From NCBI GenBank assembly GCA_902597795.1, contig CACJZA010000005.1, positions 12,082 to 76,081 of the forward strand: DNA of 64,000 nt, given 5' to 3'. Source of the stretch: an uncultured Alphaproteobacteria bacterium. GTDB taxonomy: Bacteria; Pseudomonadota; Alphaproteobacteria; HIMB59; GCA-002718135. Below the pieces are notes generated by a model. The model made no database searches. It was not told the origin of the DNA and was given only the letters and a program-made list of their open reading frames with translations. This document shows, piece by piece, positions 10,178 through 20,030 of this stretch; positions within the stretch are counted from its first letter, which is position 1, and each line of letters starts with the position of its first letter. The position numbers were made by a program, and so were the translations under genes.

Positions 10178-11551
10178 TTATAAATTTGAAGATTGCTTTG
10201 AGAGCAATTTTTCTTCTTTTAAAAAATCTGATAATAAAAAAGCCAATTCTAGAGACTGCGAGGCATTTAGTCTCGGATCACAATATGTATGATATCTATT
10301 TTTTAGATCTTCATCTGTTATTTCTTGAAGACCTCCCATACATTCTGTAACATCTTGACCAGTCATTTCTAAATGGACGCCGCCTGGATATGTTCCTTCG
10401 CTTCTGTGAATTTGAAAAAATTGCTGAATTTCAGAAATTATATCTTTTAATGGCCTAGTTTTAAAACCAGTGTTAGATTTGATAGTATTTCCATGCATGG
10501 GGTCACAAGTCCAAACAACATTTTTACCAGCTGAATTAACTGATCTAATTATTTTTGGAAGTATTCCACTAACTTTTTCATGACCCATTCTACATATCAG
10601 CGTTATTTTTCCAGCTTCATTATTTGGATTCAACACATCTAATATCTTTAATAGTTCTTCTGTCTTTGTGCTTGGACCAACTTTAATACCTATAGGGTTC
10701 TCAATACCTCTTAAAAATTCAATATGTGCTCCATCAAGTTGTCGTGTTCTGTCACCTACCCATAACATGTGAGCTGAAACATCGTACCACTTACCTGAAG
10801 TACTATCTATTCTTGTTAATGCTTCCTCATATTGAAGAAGTAAAGCTTCATGACTTGTAAAGAAGTCTGTTTCATTTAATTGTCTTACACTGTTTCCATT
10901 TATTCCACATGCCTCCATAAAAGATAAGCATTCGTCAATTCTAGAAGATATCTCTCTAAATTTAGCAGCATTCTCACCTTTAACAAAATTTAGGTTCCAT
11001 TGATGTATTTTATTTAAATTGGCAAAACCGCCCTGAGAAAAAGCTCTTAAAAGATTAAGTGTAGATGCAGACTGATTGTAGGCTTGAATTAATCTATCTG
11101 GATTAGGATCTCTGTCTTTTTGATTGAAGTCTATCCCATTAATTATATCGCCTTTATAAGACTCAAGTGTTAAATCATTAATAACTTCTGTGGCAGATGA
11201 TCTTGGCTTTGCAAACTGTCCAGCAATTCTTCCTACTTTAACAATTGGACAAGAAGCGCCAAACGTTAATACAACAGCCATTTGTAAAATAACTTTAAAT
11301 GTATCTCTAATATTATCTGGATGAAAATCTGCAAAACTTTCTGCACAATCTCCACCTTGTAATAAAAAAGCATTTCCGTTTGAAACTTCTCCAAGTTTCT
11401 TTTTTAATAGTCTCGCTTCTCCAGCAAAAACTAAAGGTGGATATTTGGAAATTTCATTTAGAGTTTTATTTAGATGATCTTCATTCTGATAGTTAGGCAT
11501 ATGAAGAGCATTTTTATTTCTCCAACTATTTGGTGACCATTTATCGCTCAT
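10178..11551 (-). CDS. Class II DAHP synthase
   Basis: LLQGGDCAESF, GRIAGQFAKPRS, WVGDRTRQLDGAH, CDPMHGNT, HLEMTG and CDPRLN. Confidence 0.95.
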   Translation of the reverse strand: MSDKWSPNSWRNKNALHMPNYQNEDHLNKTLNEISKYPPLVFAGEARLLKKKLGEVSNGNAFLLQGGDCAESFADFHPDNIRDTFKVILQMAVVLTFGASCPIVKVGRIAGQFAKPRSSATEVINDLTLESYKGDIINGIDFNQKDRDPNPDRLIQAYNQSASTLNLLRAFSQGGFANLNKIHQWNLNFVKGENAAKFREISSRIDECLSFMEACGINGNSVRQLNETDFFTSHEALLLQYEEALTRIDSTSGKWYDVSAHMLWVGDRTRQLDGAHIEFLRGIENPIGIKVGPSTKTEELLKILDVLNPNNEAGKITLICRMGHEKVSGILPKIIRSVNSAGKNVVWTCDPMHGNTIKSNTGFKTRPLKDIISEIQQFFQIHRSEGTYPGGVHLEMTGQDVTECMGGLQEITDEDLKNRYHTYCDPRLNASQSLELAFLLSDFLKEEKLLSKQSSNL

Positions 11552-11598
11552 AATTTGAAAGGGCTCATAAACCCTAATATATCTTGAAACAAGGGTTA

Positions 11599-12897
11599 TT
11601 ATTTAGATCTTTTATTTCTTAGAATTTTTAAGGCTGATCTTTCAATAGCAAGTGAATTTTTGGGAATATTTTTAGTGATAACACTACCTGCGCCAATTCT
11701 AGATTTAGACTCAATTACAACTGGAGCAATGAGTGATGTGTTTGAACCTATAAATACATTATCTTTTATTATCGTTTTGTGTTTTTTCTTTCCATCATAG
11801 TTACAAGTTATTGTGCCGGCACCTATATTCACATTATTTCCTATTTCTGAATCTCCAACATATGAAAGATGAGCAATAGAAACATTATTTCCAATTTTAG
11901 AATTTTTTATTTCAACAAAGTTACCAATCCTTGATTTTTTTCCGATTTTTGTTTTTGGTCTTAATCTAGCACTTGGACCAATATGTGAATTTTCATCTAT
12001 TGTAACCTCTTCTAAGTATGAATTACTTTTAACTATTGAACCTTTTTTTATAATTGTTTTTTCCTTTATTGTAACATTGCTTTCAATTGTAACAGTAGGT
12101 TCAATTTTGGTGTCATAGCTTAAATAACAAGTATTAGGTTTTAAAAAATTGACTCCATTTTTTATAAAATTTTTTACGTATTTTTTTTGCAAGATATTTT
12201 GTACAACATTAAAATCATCAAATGTATTTATGCCCAACATTGTTTCTTTGTTGCACTCAATATAATTGATAGGAATATTTTTTTTTGAAAAAATTTTGCA
12301 TATATCAGGAAGATATCTTTCTTTTTTAATTTTATTTTCTTTAATATTTTTTAAATTATCAAATAATAATTTAGTATTTGCTATCAAAATACCAGAATTA
12401 CATAAATTAATTTTTTTTTGTTCAGGTTTTAAATTGATTTGCTCAATTATTTCTTCAACGTAGTTGTTATTCAATAATAACCTACCATAACCATGTGGCT
12501 CTGAAGTATTAAATGCAATTAATGAAGCTTTCGCTTTACTTTTTTTAAATTTACTAACTAGTTTTCTTATATCTTTAACTTCAACTAAAGGTGTATCACC
12601 AAATAAAATTAAAATATTTTTTGATTTAACAAATTTTTTAACTTGCTCAATTGCATCAGCGGTTCCTTTTTGTTTTTTTTGAACAACTAACTTTGAGGTA
12701 TTTAATATTAACTTTAATTCTTCTTTATTTTTTTCATTAGATACAACTAATATATTTTTACCAGATATTTTTTTTGCAATATTAAAAATATGTGAAACAA
12801 TTGGTAACCCGCATAATGGATAAACAAGCTTTGATTTACTTGCTTTAAATCTCGTACTATTGCCTGCAGCAAGTATAACAGTTGTAATATCAGACAT
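11599..12897 (-). CDS. glmU: Bifunctional UDP-GlcNAc pyrophosphorylase / glucosamine-1-P acetyltransferase
   Basis: LAAG..TR, Q.GTADA, GD.PL, GYGR, GNFVEIK, HLSYVGD and NIGAGTITCNYDG, with a hexapeptide-repeat domain. Confidence 0.95.
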   Translation of the reverse strand: MSDITTVILAAGNSTRFKASKSKLVYPLCGLPIVSHIFNIAKKISGKNILVVSNEKNKEELKLILNTSKLVVQKKQKGTADAIEQVKKFVKSKNILILFGDTPLVEVKDIRKLVSKFKKSKAKASLIAFNTSEPHGYGRLLLNNNYVEEIIEQINLKPEQKKINLCNSGILIANTKLLFDNLKNIKENKIKKERYLPDICKIFSKKNIPINYIECNKETMLGINTFDDFNVVQNILQKKYVKNFIKNGVNFLKPNTCYLSYDTKIEPTVTIESNVTIKEKTIIKKGSIVKSNSYLEEVTIDENSHIGPSARLRPKTKIGKKSRIGNFVEIKNSKIGNNVSIAHLSYVGDSEIGNNVNIGAGTITCNYDGKKKHKTIIKDNVFIGSNTSLIAPVVIESKSRIGAGSVITKNIPKNSLAIERSALKILRNKRSK

Positions 12898-12901
12898 TAA
12901 G

Positions 12902-13534
12902 TTAGAAATTTCTTAAAATTTCGTTTCCAACATTAATTATTTCTTTTGAAGCATCTGATGTAACACTTATATCTACTACACCCCTTCCAACTGAGAATGT
13001 TTCTGCAAATAATACTTTGCTAGACAATCGGGAGCGAGCAATTTTAGCACCAGCGTATCTTAAACGCAAAATCATTGCGTCAGTTAATTTTGCTCTCGGC
13101 ATCACTCTATTAAGAATAATTATTGGATTTTTTCTTTCTTGTTTTGCAATTTTTAAAAAAGGAAGTGTAGCCATTAAGTCTACTGGACTTGGCTGTACTG
13201 GAACAAATACTCTATCAGAAGCTTTTACAACCTGCATTGTTTCAAAAGTTATAGATGGAGGGCTATCAATTATTATAAAGTCGTACTTTCTTTTTATGGC
13301 TTTAATTTCATCTATTAAATTCCTTATATCAAAATTTAATTGAGTTATTCCAATATCATCTTCACCATAATAAGATTTTCTTGCTTCAAGCCAATATGAT
13401 AGACTTTTTTGTGCATCAGCATCTATAACAGCTACTTTGTAACCACTATTGCTCCACAAAACTGATAAATTTGCTGAAAGAGTCGATTTACCTGAACCAC
13501 CTTTTTGATTCGAAAATGCTATAACTTTTCCCAT
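12902..13534 (-). CDS. ParA family ATPase (orphan, about 210 aa)
   Basis: Deviant Walker A QKGGSGKST, DAD.Q.S, IIDSPP and VPVQPSPVD. Start placed at the ATG at 13534. Confidence 0.88.
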   Translation of the reverse strand: MGKVIAFSNQKGGSGKSTLSANLSVLWSNSGYKVAVIDADAQKSLSYWLEARKSYYGEDDIGITQLNFDIRNLIDEIKAIKRKYDFIIIDSPPSITFETMQVVKASDRVFVPVQPSPVDLMATLPFLKIAKQERKNPIIILNRVMPRAKLTDAMILRLRYAGAKIARSRLSSKVLFAETFSVGRGVVDISVTSDASKEIINVGNEILRNF

Positions 13535-13591
13535 ATACAAGTATTGATAATAACTATTTTAAAGATAGATGGAAACATTTTATAAAAAAAT

Positions 13592-14509
13592 ATGAAAAAA
13601 AATAAGTTAGATATTGCAAAAAATTTATTAAGCAGTGGAGAACTTGTAATATTTCCCACAGAAACAGTATTTGGTCTTGGAGCAGATGCAACAAATGATG
13701 AGGCTGTAAAATCTATTTTTAAAGTAAAAAAAAGACCAAGAAGTAATCCAATTATCTGTCACTTTAAAAGTATTAAACAAATAGAAAAATATTTTATTTT
13801 AAATAAATTTGAAAAAAAATTAGGTTCAAAATTCTGGCCTGGTCCTTTGACAATAATATTAAAAAAAAAGAAAAATTCTAAAATATCAAAATTAGTCTCT
13901 AATAACTCAACTTTAGTTGGCTGCAGAATTCCTGGTAATAAATTGGCTAAAAAATTAATTACTTTATTTGACCTACCTATTGCAGCCCCTAGTGCTAATC
14001 TGTCAGAAAGAACTTCCGTAACCAATATTATGGATATCGATCCTATTCTAGTAAAAAAAATATTTGTTTTAAAAGATAAACAGTCTTCTCATGGACTAGA
14101 GTCCACAGTTGTTAGAATTGATAACAATAATGAAATTGAAGTATTAAGATATGGCAGCATAACTGTTGAAGAGCTAAATAAATATGCAAAAGTAAAAATT
14201 AAAAAGAAATCATCTATTTCTCCTGGTAATTTAAAAAAACATTATTCAACTTTAAAGCCAATAAGAATGAATGCTAAGAGAATACTAAAAAATGAAGGTT
14301 TATTAAATTTTGGCAATAATAAATTAAAGTCTAAAATAATTAATTTTAATTTGAGTAATAAAAAAAATTTAAATGAAGCAGCAAAAAATTTTTATCATTA
14401 TCTTCATAAATTAGATCAAAGTAGATGCAAAAAAATTGCTGTAGTAGAAATACCTGATAAAGGGCTTGGCAAAACTATAAATGACAGATTAAGAAGAGCA
14501 ATTAAGTAA
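13592..14509 (+). CDS. tsaC: Threonylcarbamoyl-AMP synthase, Sua5 type (YrdC + SUA5 domain)
   Basis: FPTETVFGLGA, K.RP..NP.I.H, WPGPLT, AAPSAN, GLESTVV, SPG....HY and INDRLRRA. Confidence 0.93.
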   Translation: MKKNKLDIAKNLLSSGELVIFPTETVFGLGADATNDEAVKSIFKVKKRPRSNPIICHFKSIKQIEKYFILNKFEKKLGSKFWPGPLTIILKKKKNSKISKLVSNNSTLVGCRIPGNKLAKKLITLFDLPIAAPSANLSERTSVTNIMDIDPILVKKIFVLKDKQSSHGLESTVVRIDNNNEIEVLRYGSITVEELNKYAKVKIKKKSSISPGNLKKHYSTLKPIRMNAKRILKNEGLLNFGNNKLKSKIINFNLSNKKNLNEAAKNFYHYLHKLDQSRCKKIAVVEIPDKGLGKTINDRLRRAIK

Positions 14510-15832
14510 TTACAATCTATTTAAATAATCCATTAACCTATAATAAATAATGGCTGAAGAATACAATGGTCTTCTAAACATGTTGCCACCTGGAATTTTA
14601 AAATGATTAATTTGCTCAAACATATCAAAATTATTTGATTTATTTAAAATTTTTTCTGCTACCATTTTTCCTCCCATAATACTCATAGCTAAACCATGCC
14701 CAGAGTAAGCATGAGCATAATATAACTTTTGATTCATTATAGTTCCAAAAATAGGCAATCTATTAATCGATATTGCCAAGGTACCTCCCCAAGAAAATTC
14801 AATTTTAAATTTTTTTAATTCAGGAAAAACTTTATACATTCGTTTAGAAACAAAACTCTTTGCATCTTTTACAAAATGAGATGTAATTGTTTCAGGTCCT
14901 CCAAAAAGAAGTCTGTAGTCTTCTGAAAATCTATAATAATCAATCATAAATCTAGAATCTATTACGCCACAATTTCTTTTGATTAATTTAGTTGCCAGAT
15001 CTTTTCCGAGAGGTTCAGTTGCAATAATATAATTGTTTATAGGCATAAAATAATTTCTTTTTGATCCTAAAAGATTATCAAGATAACCATTACAACCAAT
15101 AATTACTTTCTTCGCTTTAATAATATTTTTTCCAGAATGAATTATAACTTCTTTTTGATTATCAATAATTTTATCAGCTGGAGAATTTTCATATATATTT
15201 ATACCATTTGCTAAACACTGTTCTGCTAAGCCATATGTCAGTTTTAATGGGTTCAAATGATAAGAATCCTTTAAAAGCATCCCAGAAAAATATCTGTCAC
15301 TATTAACTTCATCTCTTATTGAATTGTGATCAAAGTATTCATAGTTATTATAATTATAATTCTTCTGCATATGCTCAATTTCATCTTCAAAATATTTATA
15401 ATCTTTTTTTGTGTTGCCAACATGAAGAACACCTTGTCTAAGAGCACAATCAATTTTGTATTTTTCAATTAAATTAACTACATTTGAAACAGCATCTAAT
15501 CCAACTTTCCAAAAAAATTTTGCTTTTTCAATACCAAATTTTTTTTCTAGGTAGAATTGATCCTTTCTCATACCAATTCCTAGTTGACCACCATTCCTAC
15601 CAGAGGCACCAGATCCAACTTTGTTTGCTTCCAAAATAGTTATTGATAAACCTTGATTAGATAAATTTAATGCAGAAGAAATACCTGTTAAACCACCTCC
15701 AATAATACATACATCAGTTGAAATATTCTCATTTAATTTAATTTGATTAGGAAAATTAGGTGCCGAAAATTTATAAAAACTCTCTTTTTCATTATCATGT
15801 TGATTAAAGGTCCTTTTTTTTGTAGTAAACAT
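14510..15832 (-). CDS. puuB: FAD-dependent oxidoreductase, gamma-glutamylputrescine oxidase-like
   Basis: DVCIIGGGLTG, GASGRNGGQ, DYYR...D.RLLFGG, WGG and YSGHG. Divergent from puuA. Confidence 0.8.
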   Translation of the reverse strand: MFTTKKRTFNQHDNEKESFYKFSAPNFPNQIKLNENISTDVCIIGGGLTGISSALNLSNQGLSITILEANKVGSGASGRNGGQLGIGMRKDQFYLEKKFGIEKAKFFWKVGLDAVSNVVNLIEKYKIDCALRQGVLHVGNTKKDYKYFEDEIEHMQKNYNYNNYEYFDHNSIRDEVNSDRYFSGMLLKDSYHLNPLKLTYGLAEQCLANGINIYENSPADKIIDNQKEVIIHSGKNIIKAKKVIIGCNGYLDNLLGSKRNYFMPINNYIIATEPLGKDLATKLIKRNCGVIDSRFMIDYYRFSEDYRLLFGGPETITSHFVKDAKSFVSKRMYKVFPELKKFKIEFSWGGTLAISINRLPIFGTIMNQKLYYAHAYSGHGLAMSIMGGKMVAEKILNKSNNFDMFEQINHFKIPGGNMFRRPLYSSAIIYYRLMDYLNRL

Positions 15833-15882
15833 TAACTTATCTTTAATGGTTTAATAATAATTAGTAAACAAACAGTCTCAAT

Positions 15883-17250
15883 ATGATTGAAAAATTTCAA
15901 AATTGGTTTCATGAAAACTCTATTACAGAAGTTGAATGTTTAGTTCCAGATCTTGGAGGTATAGCAAGGGGAAAAATTTTACCAACTAATAAATTTTTAA
16001 AAGGACTGGAAGATGAAAGTCACAGATTACCACAGTCAACTTTTATTCAAACAATATCAGGAGATTATGCAACTGAGGACTCTGCCGGTGCTTTACCAAG
16101 AAGTGTTTATAATCCAACTGACATTGATGTAATTTTAAAACCAGATTTTAATACAATGAGAGTAGTGCCATGGTACGACGACCCTACTGCACAAATTATC
16201 TGCGATGCAATAAATCTTAACGGAGATGATGTTATAAATTCTAGTAGGAATGCTCTAAAAAATATTCTTAAACTTTATAAAAAAGATAAATTAACTCCAA
16301 TTGTTTCACCAGAGTTAGAATTTTATTTAGTGAAACCTAATGCTGACTCAGATTATCCTCTTGAAGTGCCAGTGGGTCAATCAGGTAGACAAGAAACAGG
16401 TAAGCAAGCCTTGGGCATAGATGCTGTTAACGAATTTGACCATCTTTTTGAAGATGTATATAATTATTGTGAAGCACAAAATATTGAAATTGATACTATT
16501 AACCATGAATCTGGTTCAGCTCAGATGGAAATTAATTTTCAGCATGGTGATCCTTTAGATCTAGCAGATCAGGTATTTTTATTTAAACGAACTCTAAGAC
16601 AGTCGGCTTTGAAACATAAACTTCATGCAACATTTATGGCAAAACCTATGGAGAACCAACCAGGTAGTGCAATGCACATACATCAATCGATATATAATGA
16701 AAAAAATAAAAATATTTTTTTTAATCAATCATCTAAAATTTCAAAAAAAATGAAAAATTATTTAGGTGGGTTGGAAAAATATACTCCATTATTAATGCCT
16801 ATATACGCTCCAAATATAAATTCATTTAGAAGATTGTTTGCAACTTGGGGTGCTCCTAAAAATGTTAAATGGGGAATAGGTAATAGAAGTTGTGGTTTTA
16901 GAATTCCATCAATTGAGGAAAGAAATATACGTATTGAAAATAGAATTCCTGGATCTGATACAAATCCATATCTTGTTTTTGCAGCTAATTTAGCTTCAGG
17001 ATATTTAGGAATGAAAAACAATTTAAAACCAAATCCAGAAACTAAAGATAGTGCATTTAAAGATAAAAATTCTAATTTACCTAAAAATATGGATGAATCG
17101 TTAACTCTCTTTGAAAATGATGAAGATATAAAATCTATATTTAACGAAAAATTTGTAAGGTCAATTGCTGCGATAAGAAGAGTTGAGTATCAAGCTTATT
17201 TATCAGTAATAAGTTCTTGGGAGCGAGAATATTTATTACTTAATGTTTAA
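15883..17250 (+). CDS. puuA: Glutamine synthetase-like gamma-glutamylpolyamine ligase
   Basis: EVECLVPDLGGIARGKILP, PELEFYL, HESG.AQMEINF.HG, ATFMAKP...QPGSAMHIHQS and the C-terminal ISSWEREYLLLNV characteristic of SpuB/PauA-type ligases. Confidence 0.85.
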   Translation: MIEKFQNWFHENSITEVECLVPDLGGIARGKILPTNKFLKGLEDESHRLPQSTFIQTISGDYATEDSAGALPRSVYNPTDIDVILKPDFNTMRVVPWYDDPTAQIICDAINLNGDDVINSSRNALKNILKLYKKDKLTPIVSPELEFYLVKPNADSDYPLEVPVGQSGRQETGKQALGIDAVNEFDHLFEDVYNYCEAQNIEIDTINHESGSAQMEINFQHGDPLDLADQVFLFKRTLRQSALKHKLHATFMAKPMENQPGSAMHIHQSIYNEKNKNIFFNQSSKISKKMKNYLGGLEKYTPLLMPIYAPNINSFRRLFATWGAPKNVKWGIGNRSCGFRIPSIEERNIRIENRIPGSDTNPYLVFAANLASGYLGMKNNLKPNPETKDSAFKDKNSNLPKNMDESLTLFENDEDIKSIFNEKFVRSIAAIRRVEYQAYLSVISSWEREYLLLNV

Positions 17251-18034
17251 ATTTTTTATTAAAATAAAAATAAAATAAACCAATTATTATTAAAGCAAAC
17301 ATTAAAATTGCTGATAATGCGTTTACTTCAGGACTCAATCCTAATCTAACTTTAGAAAAAACTACAATTGGCAATGTGTTAGCTCCAGGCCCAGTAGTAA
17401 AACTCGCAACAACTAGATCATCTAAAGAAATTGTAAAAGCTAATAACCAACCAGCAATAATAGAAGGCAAAATTATTGGTAAAGTTATCTTATAGAGTAC
17501 CTTTGTATAATTATAGCCTAGATCCATCGCAGCTTCCTCAATATTTTTGTTAAAGTCAGTTAATCTTGCTTGAATAATAATTGCGACAAATGCAATACAA
17601 AAAGTAACGTGCGATATAAAAATAGTTAATTGTCCTCTAGATGATGGAAATCCAATTACATTATTTAAGCTTATAAAAAAAAGTAACATTGAAAGACCTA
17701 AAATTAATTCTGGTAAAACCAAAGGTGTTGAAGAAAGAAAAATATAGAATGATTTAAAAGGAATTTTTCTTATTCTTACAAGTGAATATCCAATCATAAC
17801 TCCTAAAATTGTAGCAAAAGTTGCAGACAAAGCTGCAATTTTAATACTAATAATAAATGACTCAATTATTTGTTCATTATTAAACAATTCATTGTACCAT
17901 CTTAAAGAAAATCCTTTCCAAACCATTACTCTCTTATTTTCATTAAATGAGTAAAAAATTAAAACTAAAATTGGGAAATATAAAAAAAATAAACCTAAAA
18001 AAATAACTGTACTTTTGATTAAACTAGATTTCAT
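17240..18034 (-). CDS. potI: Putrescine ABC transporter permease
   Basis: FLYFPI..L..YSFN, GFSLRWY, EEAAMDLG and LAFTISLDDLV. Start moved to the ATG at 18034. Confidence 0.88.
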   Translation of the reverse strand: MKSSLIKSTVIFLGLFFLYFPILVLIFYSFNENKRVMVWKGFSLRWYNELFNNEQIIESFIISIKIAALSATFATILGVMIGYSLVRIRKIPFKSFYIFLSSTPLVLPELILGLSMLLFFISLNNVIGFPSSRGQLTIFISHVTFCIAFVAIIIQARLTDFNKNIEEAAMDLGYNYTKVLYKITLPIILPSIIAGWLLAFTISLDDLVVASFTTGPGANTLPIVVFSKVRLGLSPEVNALSAILMFALIIIGLFYFYFNKKFKH

Positions 18035-18911
18035 TTTTTTGACTCCAACGAGAGTAAAGTATTTGAAAAATAACAATTGGCAAAACCAAAATAATAATTC
18101 CACTAAAAGCTAAAGCACTAGCACCGGGCCAATTTCTATTAACAAAGAATTCCTCCCATAATATTTTTCCATAATACAATCTATCACTACCACCTAACAT
18201 TTCAGGTATAATAAATTCTCCAACAACAGGTATAAAAACTAATAATGATCCAGCAACAATTCCTGGAACAGACAAAGGAAGAATAACTTTAAAAAAGGTT
18301 TTAATACGATTTAATCCTAAATCTTTTGATGCTTCAATTAAATTTAAGTCAAATTTATTTAAGTATCCATAGAGTGGTAAAATCATCAAAGGTAAATAAG
18401 TGTATACAATTCCCATGATGACAGCATATTGATTGTATAATAATTGAAGTGGTTCTGATATTATGCCTAGGTTTAGAAGTATTACATTTAAAATTCCATT
18501 ATTCTGTAAAATTATTTTCCATGCATATACTCTTAATAAAAATGATGACCAAAATGGAATAACTACTAAAACTAATAGGATATTTCTTAATCTGATATTT
18601 GATGTCGCAATATAAAAAGCTAATGGGAACCCAATAAGTAAACAAAAAAAAGTAGATATTAGAGCTAGTATCAAAGAGTTTACAAAAGATCCAATGTAGT
18701 AATAATCACTAAATATATAAACATAGTTTTCAAATGTAGTATTGATCTTAAATCCATTATCAAAAAGAAAAATATCTTGATAAGGAGGCATCCCCCATTC
18801 TGATACCGAAATTGATATTTTAAAAATTATAGCTAATGGTATAAAAAAAAATAGAACAAGCCAAAAATAAGGGCTAAAAACAAAATATTTTTCAAATAAT
18901 TTATTTTTCAA
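18024..18911 (-). CDS. potH: Putrescine ABC transporter permease
   Basis: PFWSSFLLRVYAW, YLPLMILPLY, EAS.DLG, GEFIIPEMLGG and EFF.NRNWP. Confidence 0.88.
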   Translation of the reverse strand: MKNKLFEKYFVFSPYFWLVLFFFIPLAIIFKISISVSEWGMPPYQDIFLFDNGFKINTTFENYVYIFSDYYYIGSFVNSLILALISTFFCLLIGFPLAFYIATSNIRLRNILLVLVVIPFWSSFLLRVYAWKIILQNNGILNVILLNLGIISEPLQLLYNQYAVIMGIVYTYLPLMILPLYGYLNKFDLNLIEASKDLGLNRIKTFFKVILPLSVPGIVAGSLLVFIPVVGEFIIPEMLGGSDRLYYGKILWEEFFVNRNWPGASALAFSGIIILVLPIVIFQILYSRWSQKNEI

Positions 18912-19979
18912 TTAATCCTCTAAAACCTTAATTGATTCACTTTCCCAACTACAAATGACTTTCTCCCCTTTTGGGAAATTATAATTTGAGTTGGAGTAAA
19001 AATTCTGATCTAAAACTGAAATTATCATATTTTTAATTTTAATTTCATAACGTGTAAAGCTTCCCAAATACGATTTTTCTAAAATTTCTCCACTAAAGGA
19101 ATTAAATGAACTTGTTTTCAAATTATTTATTGATTGTATTTTTATTTTCTCTGGTCTTAGTAAAATATTAGTTTTTATATTTTTTAATTCTTTGTTTAAT
19201 TTAAAATTTATACCTAAATCATCAGAATAAAAATTTTCACCTTTCTTATAAATCTCAATTATATTTGCAATTCCTATAAAATTGGCAGTATAAAAACTTT
19301 TAGGATTTTCATAAATCTCTTCAGGGCTAGAACATTCCAAAATAAGACCATTCTTCATTATTGCCATTCTATCAGACAAGGACATTGCTTCTTCCTGATC
19401 ATGAGTGACGAAAACAAATGTAATTTTCAGTTTCTTTTGGAGTGTTGTTAACTCTAATTGTGTTTTTGATCTTAGTTTTTTATCAAGTGCTGCAAGAGGT
19501 TCATCTAATAATAATAACTTTGGTTTTTTTATTAAGCACCTTCCAAGAGCAACTCGTTGCTGCTCTCCACCTGATAGTTGCTTAATCCTTCTTTTTAATA
19601 AATGTTCAATAGATAAAAGTTCAGCAATATCTCTTACATTTATTTCGATTTCTTTTTGGGTAAAATTTTCTTTTATTCCAAAAGCTAAATTATTAAATAC
19701 GTTTAAGTGAGGAAATAGAGCATACGATTGAAACATATAGTTTAATGGCCTATCAAAAGGTTCAAGGTTTGTTATATCCGTTCCATCGAGGATTACGCGT
19801 CCTGTATCTGGCTTCTCAAATCCGCCTAGTATTCTTAGTAAGGTAGTTTTGCCTGACCCCGAAGATCCTAAGAGACCAAAAAATTCAGATTTTGAAATAT
19901 TTAAATTAATATTTTCTAAAACTTTGTTATTTCCAAAGGATTTAGAAATATTTTCAACTACAAGAAAATTATTATCCAT
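18912..19979 (-). CDS. potG: Putrescine ABC transporter ATP-binding subunit
   Basis: GSSGSGKT, FQSYALFPH, LSGGEQQRVAL, LLLLDEP, VTHDQEEA and a TOBE tail. Confidence 0.88.
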   Translation of the reverse strand: MDNNFLVVENISKSFGNNKVLENINLNISKSEFFGLLGSSGSGKTTLLRILGGFEKPDTGRVILDGTDITNLEPFDRPLNYMFQSYALFPHLNVFNNLAFGIKENFTQKEIEINVRDIAELLSIEHLLKRRIKQLSGGEQQRVALGRCLIKKPKLLLLDEPLAALDKKLRSKTQLELTTLQKKLKITFVFVTHDQEEAMSLSDRMAIMKNGLILECSSPEEIYENPKSFYTANFIGIANIIEIYKKGENFYSDDLGINFKLNKELKNIKTNILLRPEKIKIQSINNLKTSSFNSFSGEILEKSYLGSFTRYEIKIKNMIISVLDQNFYSNSNYNFPKGEKVICSWESESIKVLED

Positions 19980-19985
19980 CTTAAA

Positions 19986-20015
19986 TCAGCACTAATATTA
20001 ATATATTAGTGCTGA
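19986..20015. terminator. 13-bp stem-loop between potF and potG (attenuator or mRNA-stabilising hairpin)
   Basis: Perfect inverted repeat TCAGCACTAATAT-TAAT-ATATTAGTGCTGA. Confidence 0.7.
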
Positions 20016-20030
20016 AATGAAGTATATTTT

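Noticed and set aside
15883-17250. Call as glnA (true glutamine synthetase)
   Set aside because: The N- and C-terminal motifs and the pot/puuB context match gamma-glutamylpolyamine ligases.
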